A stretch of 37,714 nt of DNA from Candidatus Woesearchaeota archaeon (GTDB lineage: Archaea > Nanobdellota > Nanobdellia > SCGC-AAA011-G17 > GW2011-AR17): positions 1-37,714 of the forward strand of contig JAGWAA010000003.1 in assembly GCA_018302165.1 (NCBI GenBank). Direction: 5' to 3'. Each line of letters starts with the position of its first letter. Position 1 is the stretch's first letter. Shown here in pieces: positions 9,039 through 17,008 of the stretch. A program made the position numbers and the translations under genes. The notes under the pieces were generated by a model. The model did not search any database. It was not told the origin of the DNA and saw only the letters and a list, made by a program, of their open reading frames with translations.

Positions 9039-9629
9039 TTATTTATACCCAATCTTAGCAAGTTCTTTTATCAACAGGTCAACAGCTTCATGCAATTTAC
9101 TTTCAGATCGAGTTCCAGTACAAACAATTTTTCCGTTACTGAATAACAAGAATGTTGCACGAGTTCCAGGAAGTTTATACACAAGGCCAGGAAATTGCTC
9201 AGGTTCATATTCAGTGTTTGTTAATTGAACAGCTAAAGCGTTTAAATTCAAATCTAAACCAATAGACCCAGCAGCAACTAAATTTTGCACTGTAAATTTT
9301 GGTTGAACTGTAATTTTAACTTTAATCTTTTCAACATTTTTAATAATCATATCAATTGATTCTTTAACAATCTGCATGGACTTTGCTCCAGTACAAACTA
9401 TTTTTCCAGAACTAAATATCAACGCAGATGTTTTAGGTTCTTTAATTCTCATAACAAGCCCAGGAAACTGTTCTGGATTGTATTCAGTATTAGGTAATGC
9501 CTCTGCTAACTTCACTAAAGGAATAGGTCTTTCTAAACTAGAAGTTGCAACAATATTTACGATTTTGATTTCTTTCTTTGCTACCATATTATATCCTCCA
9601 AACTCTATTTTACATTTTTTAGTAATCAA
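9039..9629 (-). CDS. tbp: TATA-box binding protein (alternative start at 9587 preceded by GGAGG)
   Basis: Two TBP repeats: IVNIVATSSL...EYNPEQFPGLVMRIKEPKTSALIFSSGKIVCTGAKS and VQNLVAAGSI...EYEPEQFPGLVYKL...TFLLFSNGKIVCTGTRS. Confidence 0.9.
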   Translation of the reverse strand: MITKKCKIEFGGYNMVAKKEIKIVNIVATSSLERPIPLVKLAEALPNTEYNPEQFPGLVMRIKEPKTSALIFSSGKIVCTGAKSMQIVKESIDMIIKNVEKIKVKITVQPKFTVQNLVAAGSIGLDLNLNALAVQLTNTEYEPEQFPGLVYKLPGTRATFLLFSNGKIVCTGTRSESKLHEAVDLLIKELAKIGYK

Positions 9630-9676
9630 AATTCCTTTATAAACCTATTTATAAACAACTTGTCTCTAATTGGAGA

Positions 9677-10105
9677 CTAAACAGAAGAAACATTATTACC
9701 AACAACTTTTTCAAGGGAATTAAAAGAATCATAATTACACATACTTAAATCAACTAATCCTCTCTTAAATGCCTCTTCAAAAAGTTCTAAATTTGACTCA
9801 ACTTTAAGGCTAAGACTAGCAATTTGTCTTATTAATCTTAAATTCGTATTTCGTAATTCTACAGCTCTACTTCTTGCAGTTTCAATCAGACTATTTCTAT
9901 CTAATGAATCATATAAAGTACCACAACACTCACAAGAATAATGATTTCCACTAACAATATCACCAGATACAATCAAAACATGATCATCCAATGGACACAA
10001 AGCTTGAACACAATCAGGACCAAATTTAGAATTAAAAGTCTTTTTAGACATTTGGTAAAATTCATCTACTGTACCATCAAAAAAATATACTCCTAATTTT
10101 CTCAT
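9677..10105 (-). CDS. hypothetical Cys-rich protein
   Basis: 142-aa ORF with CVQALC...H...CECC, a possible Zn site, and a C-terminal helical region. Confidence 0.45.
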   Translation of the reverse strand: MRKLGVYFFDGTVDEFYQMSKKTFNSKFGPDCVQALCPLDDHVLIVSGDIVSGNHYSCECCGTLYDSLDRNSLIETARSRAVELRNTNLRLIRQIASLSLKVESNLELFEEAFKRGLVDLSMCNYDSFNSLEKVVGNNVSSV

Positions 10106-10124
10106 AACAAATAAAATTATTCAT

Positions 10125-12971
10125 TTATTTATTAATTTTCTCAATCCCCAAAATAAATTTCTTTCCTTTAATATCCCCAACAACTGAAGAACCTTTATCT
10201 AAAGTCTCAGCACCAAAATTAATTTCTACAGTTCCACATCTCTCAGCAATCATATTCTTCCAACGTTTTAAATCAACTTCAAATTTCAAATACAACCTAA
10301 TTCTATCATTCCTATTCAACCCAGCATCTTTTCTCATTGATTGCACTTTTCTCATAATCTCTCTAGCAAATCCTTCTTCTTCTAAATCTTTAGTCATCGT
10401 CAAATCCAATTTAACAGAAATTTCTTTACCTTGACTATAATCAATAGTTTTAACATTCAATTGTTTTGAAATCAATCCAACAATTTCTTCATCCAAATTA
10501 ACATCACAAATAACATCCGCTTTTCCTAAAGGCCATTTCAATCCAACTTGTGCTTTATCTCTTTGTCCTAAACCCAGTTCAATAATTTTCATAACTCCAA
10601 CAAATTCTTTTTCAATTTCTTCATTAATTAATTTTTCATCATACTTTGGCCAAGTAGTCAAATGTACAGATTCTTCAGAAACAATATCAACACTTCTCAA
10701 AGATTGCCAGATACTTTCACAAAACAAAGGACAAATTGTTGCAAACATTTGTATAGCTTTCACATACACATCTTTCAAAGTATTATATACAATTCCAGGA
10801 CTCTCTAAAGATTTATCACGAGTCATTTTTATATAAACTCTAGAAATATCCAACAACAATTTTTCTAATTCAGTAATAGTTTCATCAAACTTGTATGCTT
10901 CAAACAAAAATGTAACCTTCTTAACAGCAGAATTCAACCTAGAAAGAATATATTTTTCTTCTATTCCAAGTTCTCCACTTTCTAAACCTTCAGAATTTTT
11001 TAATTGCAATAAATAGTTAGCCATATTCTGAAAGACAATCAAGTTTCTTTGTTTTTGTTTAATAGTCTCCCAATTGAAATTAATATTCTCTCCAGCAGTA
11101 GTCTCACAAATATAATATCTCAAAATATCCGAGGAAAATTTATCCACAACTTCATATGGCGAGATAATATTCCCTAATGATTTAGACATTTTCGTGCCCT
11201 CAAAATCAAAAATCATCCCATGATTATAAGCTCCTACATAACAAGGCTTCTTGAACATGATTGCAGAACATATTTGCAACATACTAAACCATAATCTAGT
11301 TTGCTCAGTAGCTTCTAAGATCAAATCCGCAGGAAAATATTTTTCAAACAAATCCTTTTTGTCCGGATAATACAAACAATTCCATGAAACTGTCCCTGAA
11401 TCCAACCAAACATCTAATACATCTAGAATTCTTTCAATAATCTTACCACATTTTGAACATTTAATTTTAACTTCATCAATCCATGGCTTATGCAAATCAT
11501 CAGGCAAATCATCAATAGCTTTTTCTTTTAGTTCATCCTTACTACCAATCACTTCAACATACCCACATGAACATTCCCAAATTGGTGCTGGTGTTCCCCA
11601 AAACCTCTGCCTAGTAACTCCATTATCTCTCAAATTTGAAATCCAAGATTCATAACTATCTTTTGAACTCTTTGGTTCCCATTTTATTTTTTTATTATAC
11701 TCTAAAATTTCTGGGATTAAATCTTCAATCTTCAAAAACCATTGTTCAGTTGTTCTGAATACAATAGGATTATGACATCTCCAACAGTGTGCATATTCGT
11801 GCTCAACTTCAGTTTCAGTAATCAAACAACCATTATTTTTAAAATATTCAATAAACTTTTTATCATCCTTCTTTGCAACCCAGCCATTAAATTTTCCACT
11901 AGTCAAAACACCTTTTTCATCTAAAGAATTAAACGCTTCAATATTATATGCTCTTCCAACTTCATAATCTTCAGGCCCACAACCAGGAGCACAATGAACT
12001 AATCCACTTCCAGCAGAAGTATCAACATATTGTTTTGATAATAAAACTGTATGCACATTAGGACACCTTTTTTTCAAATCAGCATACTCTTTTTTCAATT
12101 CTTCATGCAATGGATGCTCATAACTTAACCCTTCTAACTTCTCTCCTAAAAAAGTTTCTAAGGTTTCAAATTTATAACCTAATAATCCTGTAATGAAAAC
12201 AAACGCCAAATCTTTTGCAACTATCCAAACTTCTTTTCCTTTTTCAGTTTCAACCTCAGCTTTAACATAATACAAATCTGGGTTTACCATAACAGCTAAA
12301 TTATATAAAATCGTCCACGGAGTCGTTGTCCAAATTACTAAATATTCATTTTGTTTCTTATTCACTTTAAATTTTAAAAAAATAGAATCTTCCTTCAGGG
12401 TTTCATACTCTAATTCATGCTTTGCTAACGAAGTCTCACAAGAACCACACCAAGACATAACTTTTTTTCCTTTGTATAATCTTTTTTGCTTCCAAGCTTC
12501 TTTGAATAACAACCATTCTCCACTAATGAAATCATTTGTGATTGGCATGTACGCATTTTCAAAATCCATCCAGATACCAAGCCTCAATAAATCTAGATTC
12601 ATTTGTTTTGCTCCATTAAAAGAAAACTCTTTACACCTTATAGCAAACTTATCTAATCCAAAATTAATGATAGCATCCTTATCTTTAAGATTCATATCTT
12701 TTTGAACTTTATTTTCTGTAGGCAAACCATGCATATCATACCCAGCTCTATCCCAAACATCATAACCTTTCAATCTAAAGTATCTCATAGCAATATCTTT
12801 CATGCTATTATTCCATGCATGCCCAATATGCAATTTACCAGAAGTATAAGGCGGCCCTTGCAAGAAATAAAATTTCTTTCCTTTAGCATTATTTTTCTTT
12901 GATTTCAGATAAATATCATTATCTTCCCAAAACTTCAACATATCTTCTTCAATTTTCTTAAAGTCCTGCAT
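10125..12971 (-). CDS. ileS: isoleucyl-tRNA synthetase
   Basis: GPPYTSGKLHIGHAWNNSMKDIAMRY (HIGH), WCGSCETSLAKHELEY, editing-domain TTTPWT, KMSKSLGN (KMSKS). The pattern is IleRS-type rather than ValRS or LeuRS. Confidence 0.85.
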   Translation of the reverse strand: MQDFKKIEEDMLKFWEDNDIYLKSKKNNAKGKKFYFLQGPPYTSGKLHIGHAWNNSMKDIAMRYFRLKGYDVWDRAGYDMHGLPTENKVQKDMNLKDKDAIINFGLDKFAIRCKEFSFNGAKQMNLDLLRLGIWMDFENAYMPITNDFISGEWLLFKEAWKQKRLYKGKKVMSWCGSCETSLAKHELEYETLKEDSIFLKFKVNKKQNEYLVIWTTTPWTILYNLAVMVNPDLYYVKAEVETEKGKEVWIVAKDLAFVFITGLLGYKFETLETFLGEKLEGLSYEHPLHEELKKEYADLKKRCPNVHTVLLSKQYVDTSAGSGLVHCAPGCGPEDYEVGRAYNIEAFNSLDEKGVLTSGKFNGWVAKKDDKKFIEYFKNNGCLITETEVEHEYAHCWRCHNPIVFRTTEQWFLKIEDLIPEILEYNKKIKWEPKSSKDSYESWISNLRDNGVTRQRFWGTPAPIWECSCGYVEVIGSKDELKEKAIDDLPDDLHKPWIDEVKIKCSKCGKIIERILDVLDVWLDSGTVSWNCLYYPDKKDLFEKYFPADLILEATEQTRLWFSMLQICSAIMFKKPCYVGAYNHGMIFDFEGTKMSKSLGNIISPYEVVDKFSSDILRYYICETTAGENINFNWETIKQKQRNLIVFQNMANYLLQLKNSEGLESGELGIEEKYILSRLNSAVKKVTFLFEAYKFDETITELEKLLLDISRVYIKMTRDKSLESPGIVYNTLKDVYVKAIQMFATICPLFCESIWQSLRSVDIVSEESVHLTTWPKYDEKLINEEIEKEFVGVMKIIELGLGQRDKAQVGLKWPLGKADVICDVNLDEEIVGLISKQLNVKTIDYSQGKEISVKLDLTMTKDLEEEGFAREIMRKVQSMRKDAGLNRNDRIRLYLKFEVDLKRWKNMIAERCGTVEINFGAETLDKGSSVVGDIKGKKFILGIEKINK

Positions 12972-13095
12972 ATCAACAAAAAACTTCCCAGTTGTTTAAA
13001 TAATTTGCCCAAAATAGCAACTCTAAAATATATACCAAAAGGTTTATAAAGAATCTTCTTACCTAATTTATATTAGAGGTGATAGGAATTGATAA

Positions 13096-13395
13096 ATGGA
13101 AGATATTATAGACAAACCGATGCTGGTTATGCAAATACGACCAGAGTTTTCTGTAGTTTACAAAGCAAATCCTAAACTTAAATTAAAAAAAGAATTTATA
13201 AAATCAAAAAAAGAATTCACTGATTATCTTACTAAAACCGCTAAAAACTGGAAAGAAGGAGATTATTTCTTAAGATCTGGTCTTGGTCCATTTGCAGCAT
13301 TCAACGTTAAAAAAGGCGGAAAAATAACTTTATACAAAGAAAACAAAAATAAAATCCCCTACTTATGTAACTTTATACAAAGAAAACAAAAATAA
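13096..13395 (+). CDS. hypothetical protein; C-terminus altered by the 43-bp tandem duplication
   Basis: 99-aa ORF with GAGGTG upstream. Its stop lies inside the second repeat copy. Confidence 0.45.
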   Translation: MEDIIDKPMLVMQIRPEFSVVYKANPKLKLKKEFIKSKKEFTDYLTKTAKNWKEGDYFLRSGLGPFAAFNVKKGGKITLYKENKNKIPYLCNFIQRKQK

Positions 13396-13410
13396 AATCC
13401 CCTACTTATG
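13325..13410 (+). repeat. Perfect 2 x 43-bp tandem duplication
   Basis: taactttatacaaagaaaacaaaaataaaatcccctacttatg at 13325-13367 is identical to 13368-13410. Confidence 0.9.
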
Positions 13411-13428
13411 TTGGGGCGTTTTTAAAAA

Positions 13429-13803
13429 ATGAAATTATTAAATTTTAATTTTGAAAATATGAAATTGTACCATGTAGTTTTTGCAGGCTTAGGTACTTTA
13501 GGTGACATATTAAGCAGAGAAGAATATAATAATCCCAAATTAGAACACTATCTCCATTCATATGGTTCAGATGTAACAGTCCCATTTGGATTATATTTTG
13601 TAACAAGAGCATATGGAGCTTCAAAAAAAGCTACACTATTAACTTGGGGAACATTAGCAACTTTATCAGAGTTAGCAGAAATAGGTTCAGAAACAGGAGT
13701 ATTCGATCCAAAAGACTTTCTAGCATTTGCCACAGGTTTTAGCCTAGCCTTAGGAATAGAAAAAATTTTCGAACCTAAAAAAGAGTCACCAAAACCCTTA
13801 TAA
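13429..13803 (+). CDS. hypothetical membrane protein
   Basis: 124-aa ORF with several hydrophobic segments. Confidence 0.45.
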   Translation: MKLLNFNFENMKLYHVVFAGLGTLGDILSREEYNNPKLEHYLHSYGSDVTVPFGLYFVTRAYGASKKATLLTWGTLATLSELAEIGSETGVFDPKDFLAFATGFSLALGIEKIFEPKKESPKPL

Positions 13804-13853
13804 ACATAATAAAACCTATTTTTAGCAATTAAATTAAGGAGTTAAATGAAAAA

Positions 13854-14165
13854 ATGATGAATGACAGATTTAGAAAACCCGTAGAACAGGGAGACGAAAT
13901 AGAAGTTACTATTGAGAGTACTGGAGCAAAAGGCGATGGTATCGCTAAAGTAAATAACTTTGTAGTTATTGTTCCAGGTGTTAAACAAGGAGATGTAGTT
14001 AAAGTCAAGATTACAAGAGTCCTAAAGAAAATGGCTTTCGCAGAAGTTGTTGGCGAAGGTTCAGGCAAATCAGAAGAATCATATTCTGAATCCGAAGAAG
14101 AAGCAGAATCAAACGAAGAAAGTTCAGATGAAGAAGCTTTAGAAGAAGACGAAGAAGAACAATAG
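13854..14165 (+). CDS. TRAM-domain protein with an acidic Ser/Glu-rich tail
   Basis: PVEQGDEIEVTIESTGAKGDGIAKVNNFVVIVPGVKQGDVVKVKITRV is the TRAM beta-barrel pattern. AGGAG lies upstream. Confidence 0.7.
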   Translation: MMNDRFRKPVEQGDEIEVTIESTGAKGDGIAKVNNFVVIVPGVKQGDVVKVKITRVLKKMAFAEVVGEGSGKSEESYSESEEEAESNEESSDEEALEEDEEEQ

Positions 14166-14207
14166 ATTATCTAAAAACTTATAAATAATTTTCTTTTTTA
14201 TTAATTT

Positions 14208-14780
14208 ATGACAGATTCTACAATTTGGACAGAAAAATATCGACCCCAAACTTTTGAGGACATTAAAGGCCAAAAAAAAATAGTTGAAAGAATAAAAGCA
14301 TTTGTAGATCAACGAAATATGCCCCATATTCTTCTTGCTGGACCCGCAGGGGTTGGTAAATCAACAATTGCATTAGTTATAGCAAAAGAACTTTTTAAAG
14401 AAACTTGGAAAAATAATTTTTTAGAATTAAACGCATCTGATGACAGAGGGATTGATGTTGTTAGAAACACAATTAAAGAATTTGCAAAAACAAGAGCTTT
14501 AGGAAATGTTCCATTCAAAATTATTTTCTTAGATGAATGTGACTCTTTAACCAAAGAAGCCCAACAAGCACTTCGTAGGACTATGGAAAACTTTGTTACT
14601 TCTACTAGATTTGTTTTATCCTGTAACTATAGCAGTAAAATAATAGATCCAATTCAAAGTAGATGCACAGTTTTTAGATTCAAACCATTAACAAAAGAAG
14701 ATATTGAAGATTATGTAATGAAAATTGCAACCACAGAAAATCTTAATGTAATATTAGCCATGGTGATGTTAGAAAAATAA
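14208..14780 (+). CDS. rfcS: replication factor C small subunit, N-terminal fragment (frame broken after ...TTENLNV)
   Basis: WTEKYRPQTFEDIKGQ, Walker A LAGPAGVGKS, LELNASDDRGID, Walker B IIFLDECDSL, SRC motif IQSRC. Confidence 0.85.
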   Translation: MTDSTIWTEKYRPQTFEDIKGQKKIVERIKAFVDQRNMPHILLAGPAGVGKSTIALVIAKELFKETWKNNFLELNASDDRGIDVVRNTIKEFAKTRALGNVPFKIIFLDECDSLTKEAQQALRRTMENFVTSTRFVLSCNYSSKIIDPIQSRCTVFRFKPLTKEDIEDYVMKIATTENLNVILAMVMLEK

Positions 14781-15130
14781 CAAACGTCTTACAAAGTTGT
14801 TCTTCAATTGATCACAACATCACTGAAAATTTGGTTTATTCATTAGTTTCCGCGGCAGAACCAAAAGAAATTCAAGATATTTTATTATTAGCAATTAACA
14901 AAAGATTCATCCAATCAAGAGGTTTATTACTAGACACAATGCTTAAACATGGTTTATCAGGTTTAGATATCCTAAAACAAATTCAAAAAGAAACTATGGA
15001 AATAGATTCCATCTCTGATGAAAAAAGAATCGAATTATTAGATAAATGTGGAGAGATAGAATTTAGAATGGTTGAAGGCGCAGATGAATTCATACAACTA
15101 GAAGCATTATTAGCTTACTTTGCAAAATGA
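14762..15130 (+). CDS. rfcS: replication factor C small subunit, C-terminal fragment. It has no start codon of its own. The frame is open from 14747; the ORF track starts at TTG 14831.
   Basis: GDVRKITNVLQS (the GDxRxxxNxLQ sensor-2 motif) ... FRMVEGADEFIQLEALLAYFAK matches the canonical RFC-S C-terminus. Confidence 0.8.
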   Translation, partial: GDVRKITNVLQSCSSIDHNITENLVYSLVSAAEPKEIQDILLLAINKRFIQSRGLLLDTMLKHGLSGLDILKQIQKETMEIDSISDEKRIELLDKCGEIEFRMVEGADEFIQLEALLAYFAK

Positions 15131-15351
15131 CATACACAATAGAAGTTCATCGTGAAGAAAAAGGATATTATTTAGAAATTAATAGAAATCCTAAATCAAA
15201 TGGAACAAAAAATAGAATCATTAAAGCTAATAGTTTAGATGACCTTGCAACAATATTATCAACAGAAACTATCAAAGCCCCAACGATATTTCAAATTAAA
15301 TACTTTGATGGTATATCCAAACGTGACCTGCGAAGCAGAATATATAAATAA
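15127..15351 (+). CDS. hypothetical protein between rfcS and rfcL
   Basis: 74-aa ORF; ATGA overlap with the rfcS stop. Confidence 0.4.
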   Translation: MTYTIEVHREEKGYYLEINRNPKSNGTKNRIIKANSLDDLATILSTETIKAPTIFQIKYFDGISKRDLRSRIYK

Positions 15352-15353
15352 TC

Positions 15354-15467
15354 ATGAATCCTTGGACCAAAAAATATATCCCAAAATTTACCAGAGAAAT
15401 TATTGGACAAGAAGCATCAATAATTAAAATAAAACAATCTCTGAATTTAAAAAAACCTTTCTTTTGA
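15354..15467 (+). CDS. rfcL: replication factor C large subunit, N-terminal 37-codon fragment
   Basis: Hand translation gives MNPWTKKYIPKFTREIIGQEASIIKIKQSLNLKKPFF, stop TGA at 15465-15467. It matches RFC box II (PWxEKYRPxxxxEIxGQ). Confidence 0.65.
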   Translation: MNPWTKKYIPKFTREIIGQEASIIKIKQSLNLKKPFF

Positions 15468-16443
15468 AGTTAATGCTTCTGATACAAGAAACAAAGAAGG
15501 TATTCAAAACCTCCTAGGCAGTTCAATGCAACAACAAAGCCTTTTTTCAAAAGGAAAATTAATATTAGTTGATGATATCGACGCCCTTTCAGGGACCAAA
15601 GATCGTGGAGGTCTAGGTGCAATTGAAGAATTAATCACAAAACCAAAACATCTAACCTTTTTAACTTGCATAGATCCTTGGGAGGATAAATTTTCAAAAC
15701 TCAGAAAAAAATGTATTTTGATAGAATTCCAATCATTAAAAAGAGATTCAATAATTAATCATTTAAAAAAAATATGTGAAGAAGAAAAAGTAAATTATAC
15801 TGAAAAAGACTTACAAGAAATAGCAAAATTAAGCAAAGGCGATTTAAGAGCCGCAATTAATGATCTCCAAGCATTCAGTATCACAAAAACTATTTCAACA
15901 GAGGATAAATCAGAAAGAGATAAAGAAGAAGATTTAATTTTTTGTTTAAGAAAAATTTTAAAAAGTAAAAAATGGAATGAAACCATAAATATTTTTGATA
16001 AAACAAATGAAGATCTAAATGAATGCATGCTATGGTTGGATGAGAATCTCCCAAAAGAATATTCTTCTGAAGATTTAAAAAAAGCTTATGAAAAACTTTC
16101 AAGAGCAGATGTATTTCAAGGTAGAATAAGAAGATGGCAATATTGGAGATATTTAGTTTACATAAATATTCTAATTACCTCAGGCATTGCAATTTCAAAA
16201 AAAGAAACAAATCCTGAAACTCCAGAATATACTAGAACTTCAAGGATATTAAAACTCTGGATGGCAAAAGTTAGAAATGCAAAGAAGAAATCCATTTCAG
16301 AAAAAATTGCAACAGTAACACACACCTCAAAACATCGCGCATTAAAAGATACTTACCCATACTTACGTAAGATTTTACAAAATCCTGAGGTTATAAAAGA
16401 ATTAGAACTAGACGAAGAAGAAATTGAATGGCTTAGGAAGTAA
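15466..16443 (+). CDS. rfcL: replication factor C large subunit, remainder. The frame is open from 15451; the ORF track starts at ATG 15526. Walker A is absent.
   Basis: EVNASDTRNKEGI, Walker B LILVDDIDAL, KGDLRAAINDLQ, LSRADVFQGRIRRWQYW. Confidence 0.8.
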   Translation, partial: EVNASDTRNKEGIQNLLGSSMQQQSLFSKGKLILVDDIDALSGTKDRGGLGAIEELITKPKHLTFLTCIDPWEDKFSKLRKKCILIEFQSLKRDSIINHLKKICEEEKVNYTEKDLQEIAKLSKGDLRAAINDLQAFSITKTISTEDKSERDKEEDLIFCLRKILKSKKWNETINIFDKTNEDLNECMLWLDENLPKEYSSEDLKKAYEKLSRADVFQGRIRRWQYWRYLVYINILITSGIAISKKETNPETPEYTRTSRILKLWMAKVRNAKKKSISEKIATVTHTSKHRALKDTYPYLRKILQNPEVIKELELDEEEIEWLRK

Positions 16444-16972
16444 TTAAAATTAATTGTTTAACTCTATCCATCCTCAATTCAATAATAGATTCTTGTAATT
16501 CTTTAATCTTAAAAAATACAAACCTTTTATCATTATCTTCTAATTGTTCATAAAAAGGTTGAATCTGTCCATAATAAATTTCTGCAAAATCTAATTTATT
16601 TTTTAGAACAGCATTATCACATTTGTTTAACAATTCAACAATTTTAACCCAAGGATCTATTTCATCAAAATCAACTTTTGGTACTTCAACAGTTCTCAAA
16701 TAAGCTTTAGGCGAAACGTCTTTAGGTACAGGAACTTCTATTTCAATAAACTTAGGAACTTTTTTTAATTGTTTTTCTTTATACTTTGGAATATTCCTTA
16801 ATTTTTTTCGAGATATTTTAATCACACTCTTCATAGATATTTTAGGTTTAGGAGCAACACCAGCCAAATAATCAACACTACTTTTATTTAATTTAATTAA
16901 ATCTTTAGCAGGAACAGAATAATTTTTCATAAACTTTTGTTGAAATTTTGAAACTGCATCCTTTGAAATCAT
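16433..16972 (-). CDS. hypothetical protein
   Basis: 179-aa Lys-rich ORF, convergent with rfcL. Confidence 0.45.
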   Translation of the reverse strand: MISKDAVSKFQQKFMKNYSVPAKDLIKLNKSSVDYLAGVAPKPKISMKSVIKISRKKLRNIPKYKEKQLKKVPKFIEIEVPVPKDVSPKAYLRTVEVPKVDFDEIDPWVKIVELLNKCDNAVLKNKLDFAEIYYGQIQPFYEQLEDNDKRFVFFKIKELQESIIELRMDRVKQLILITS

Positions 16973-17008
16973 ACTCTTATTAAAACAAAAATAATATATA
17001 AATATATC

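Noticed and set aside
9376-9642. 88-aa plus-strand ORF over tbp
   Set aside because: It is antisense to a textbook TBP double repeat.
11742-12902. Plus-strand ORFs 11742-11924, 12472-12705 and 12702-12902 inside ileS
   Set aside because: These are antisense shadow ORFs of a continuous 948-aa IleRS gene.
13548-14554. Minus-strand ORFs 13548-13733, 13829-14068, 14139-14327 and 14309-14554
   Set aside because: They are antisense to the membrane ORF, the TRAM gene and rfcS, and have no independent support.
15239-15427. 62-aa ORF spanning the 15127 ORF and the rfcL start
   Set aside because: It is out of frame with the recognisable RFC-L N-terminus (MNPWTKKYIPKF at 15354), and the translation is low complexity.
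728-15470. Programmed ribosomal frameshifting as the explanation for the split mcm, rfcS and rfcL
   Set aside because: Joining the frames would still lack sensor 1 and the PS1 hairpin, the pre-GDxR segment and Walker A. The required shifts differ (-1, -1, +1), and I saw no slippery heptamer or pseudoknot.
15795-16102. Minus-strand ORFs 15795-16028 and 15890-16102 inside rfcL
   Set aside because: Antisense shadow ORFs.
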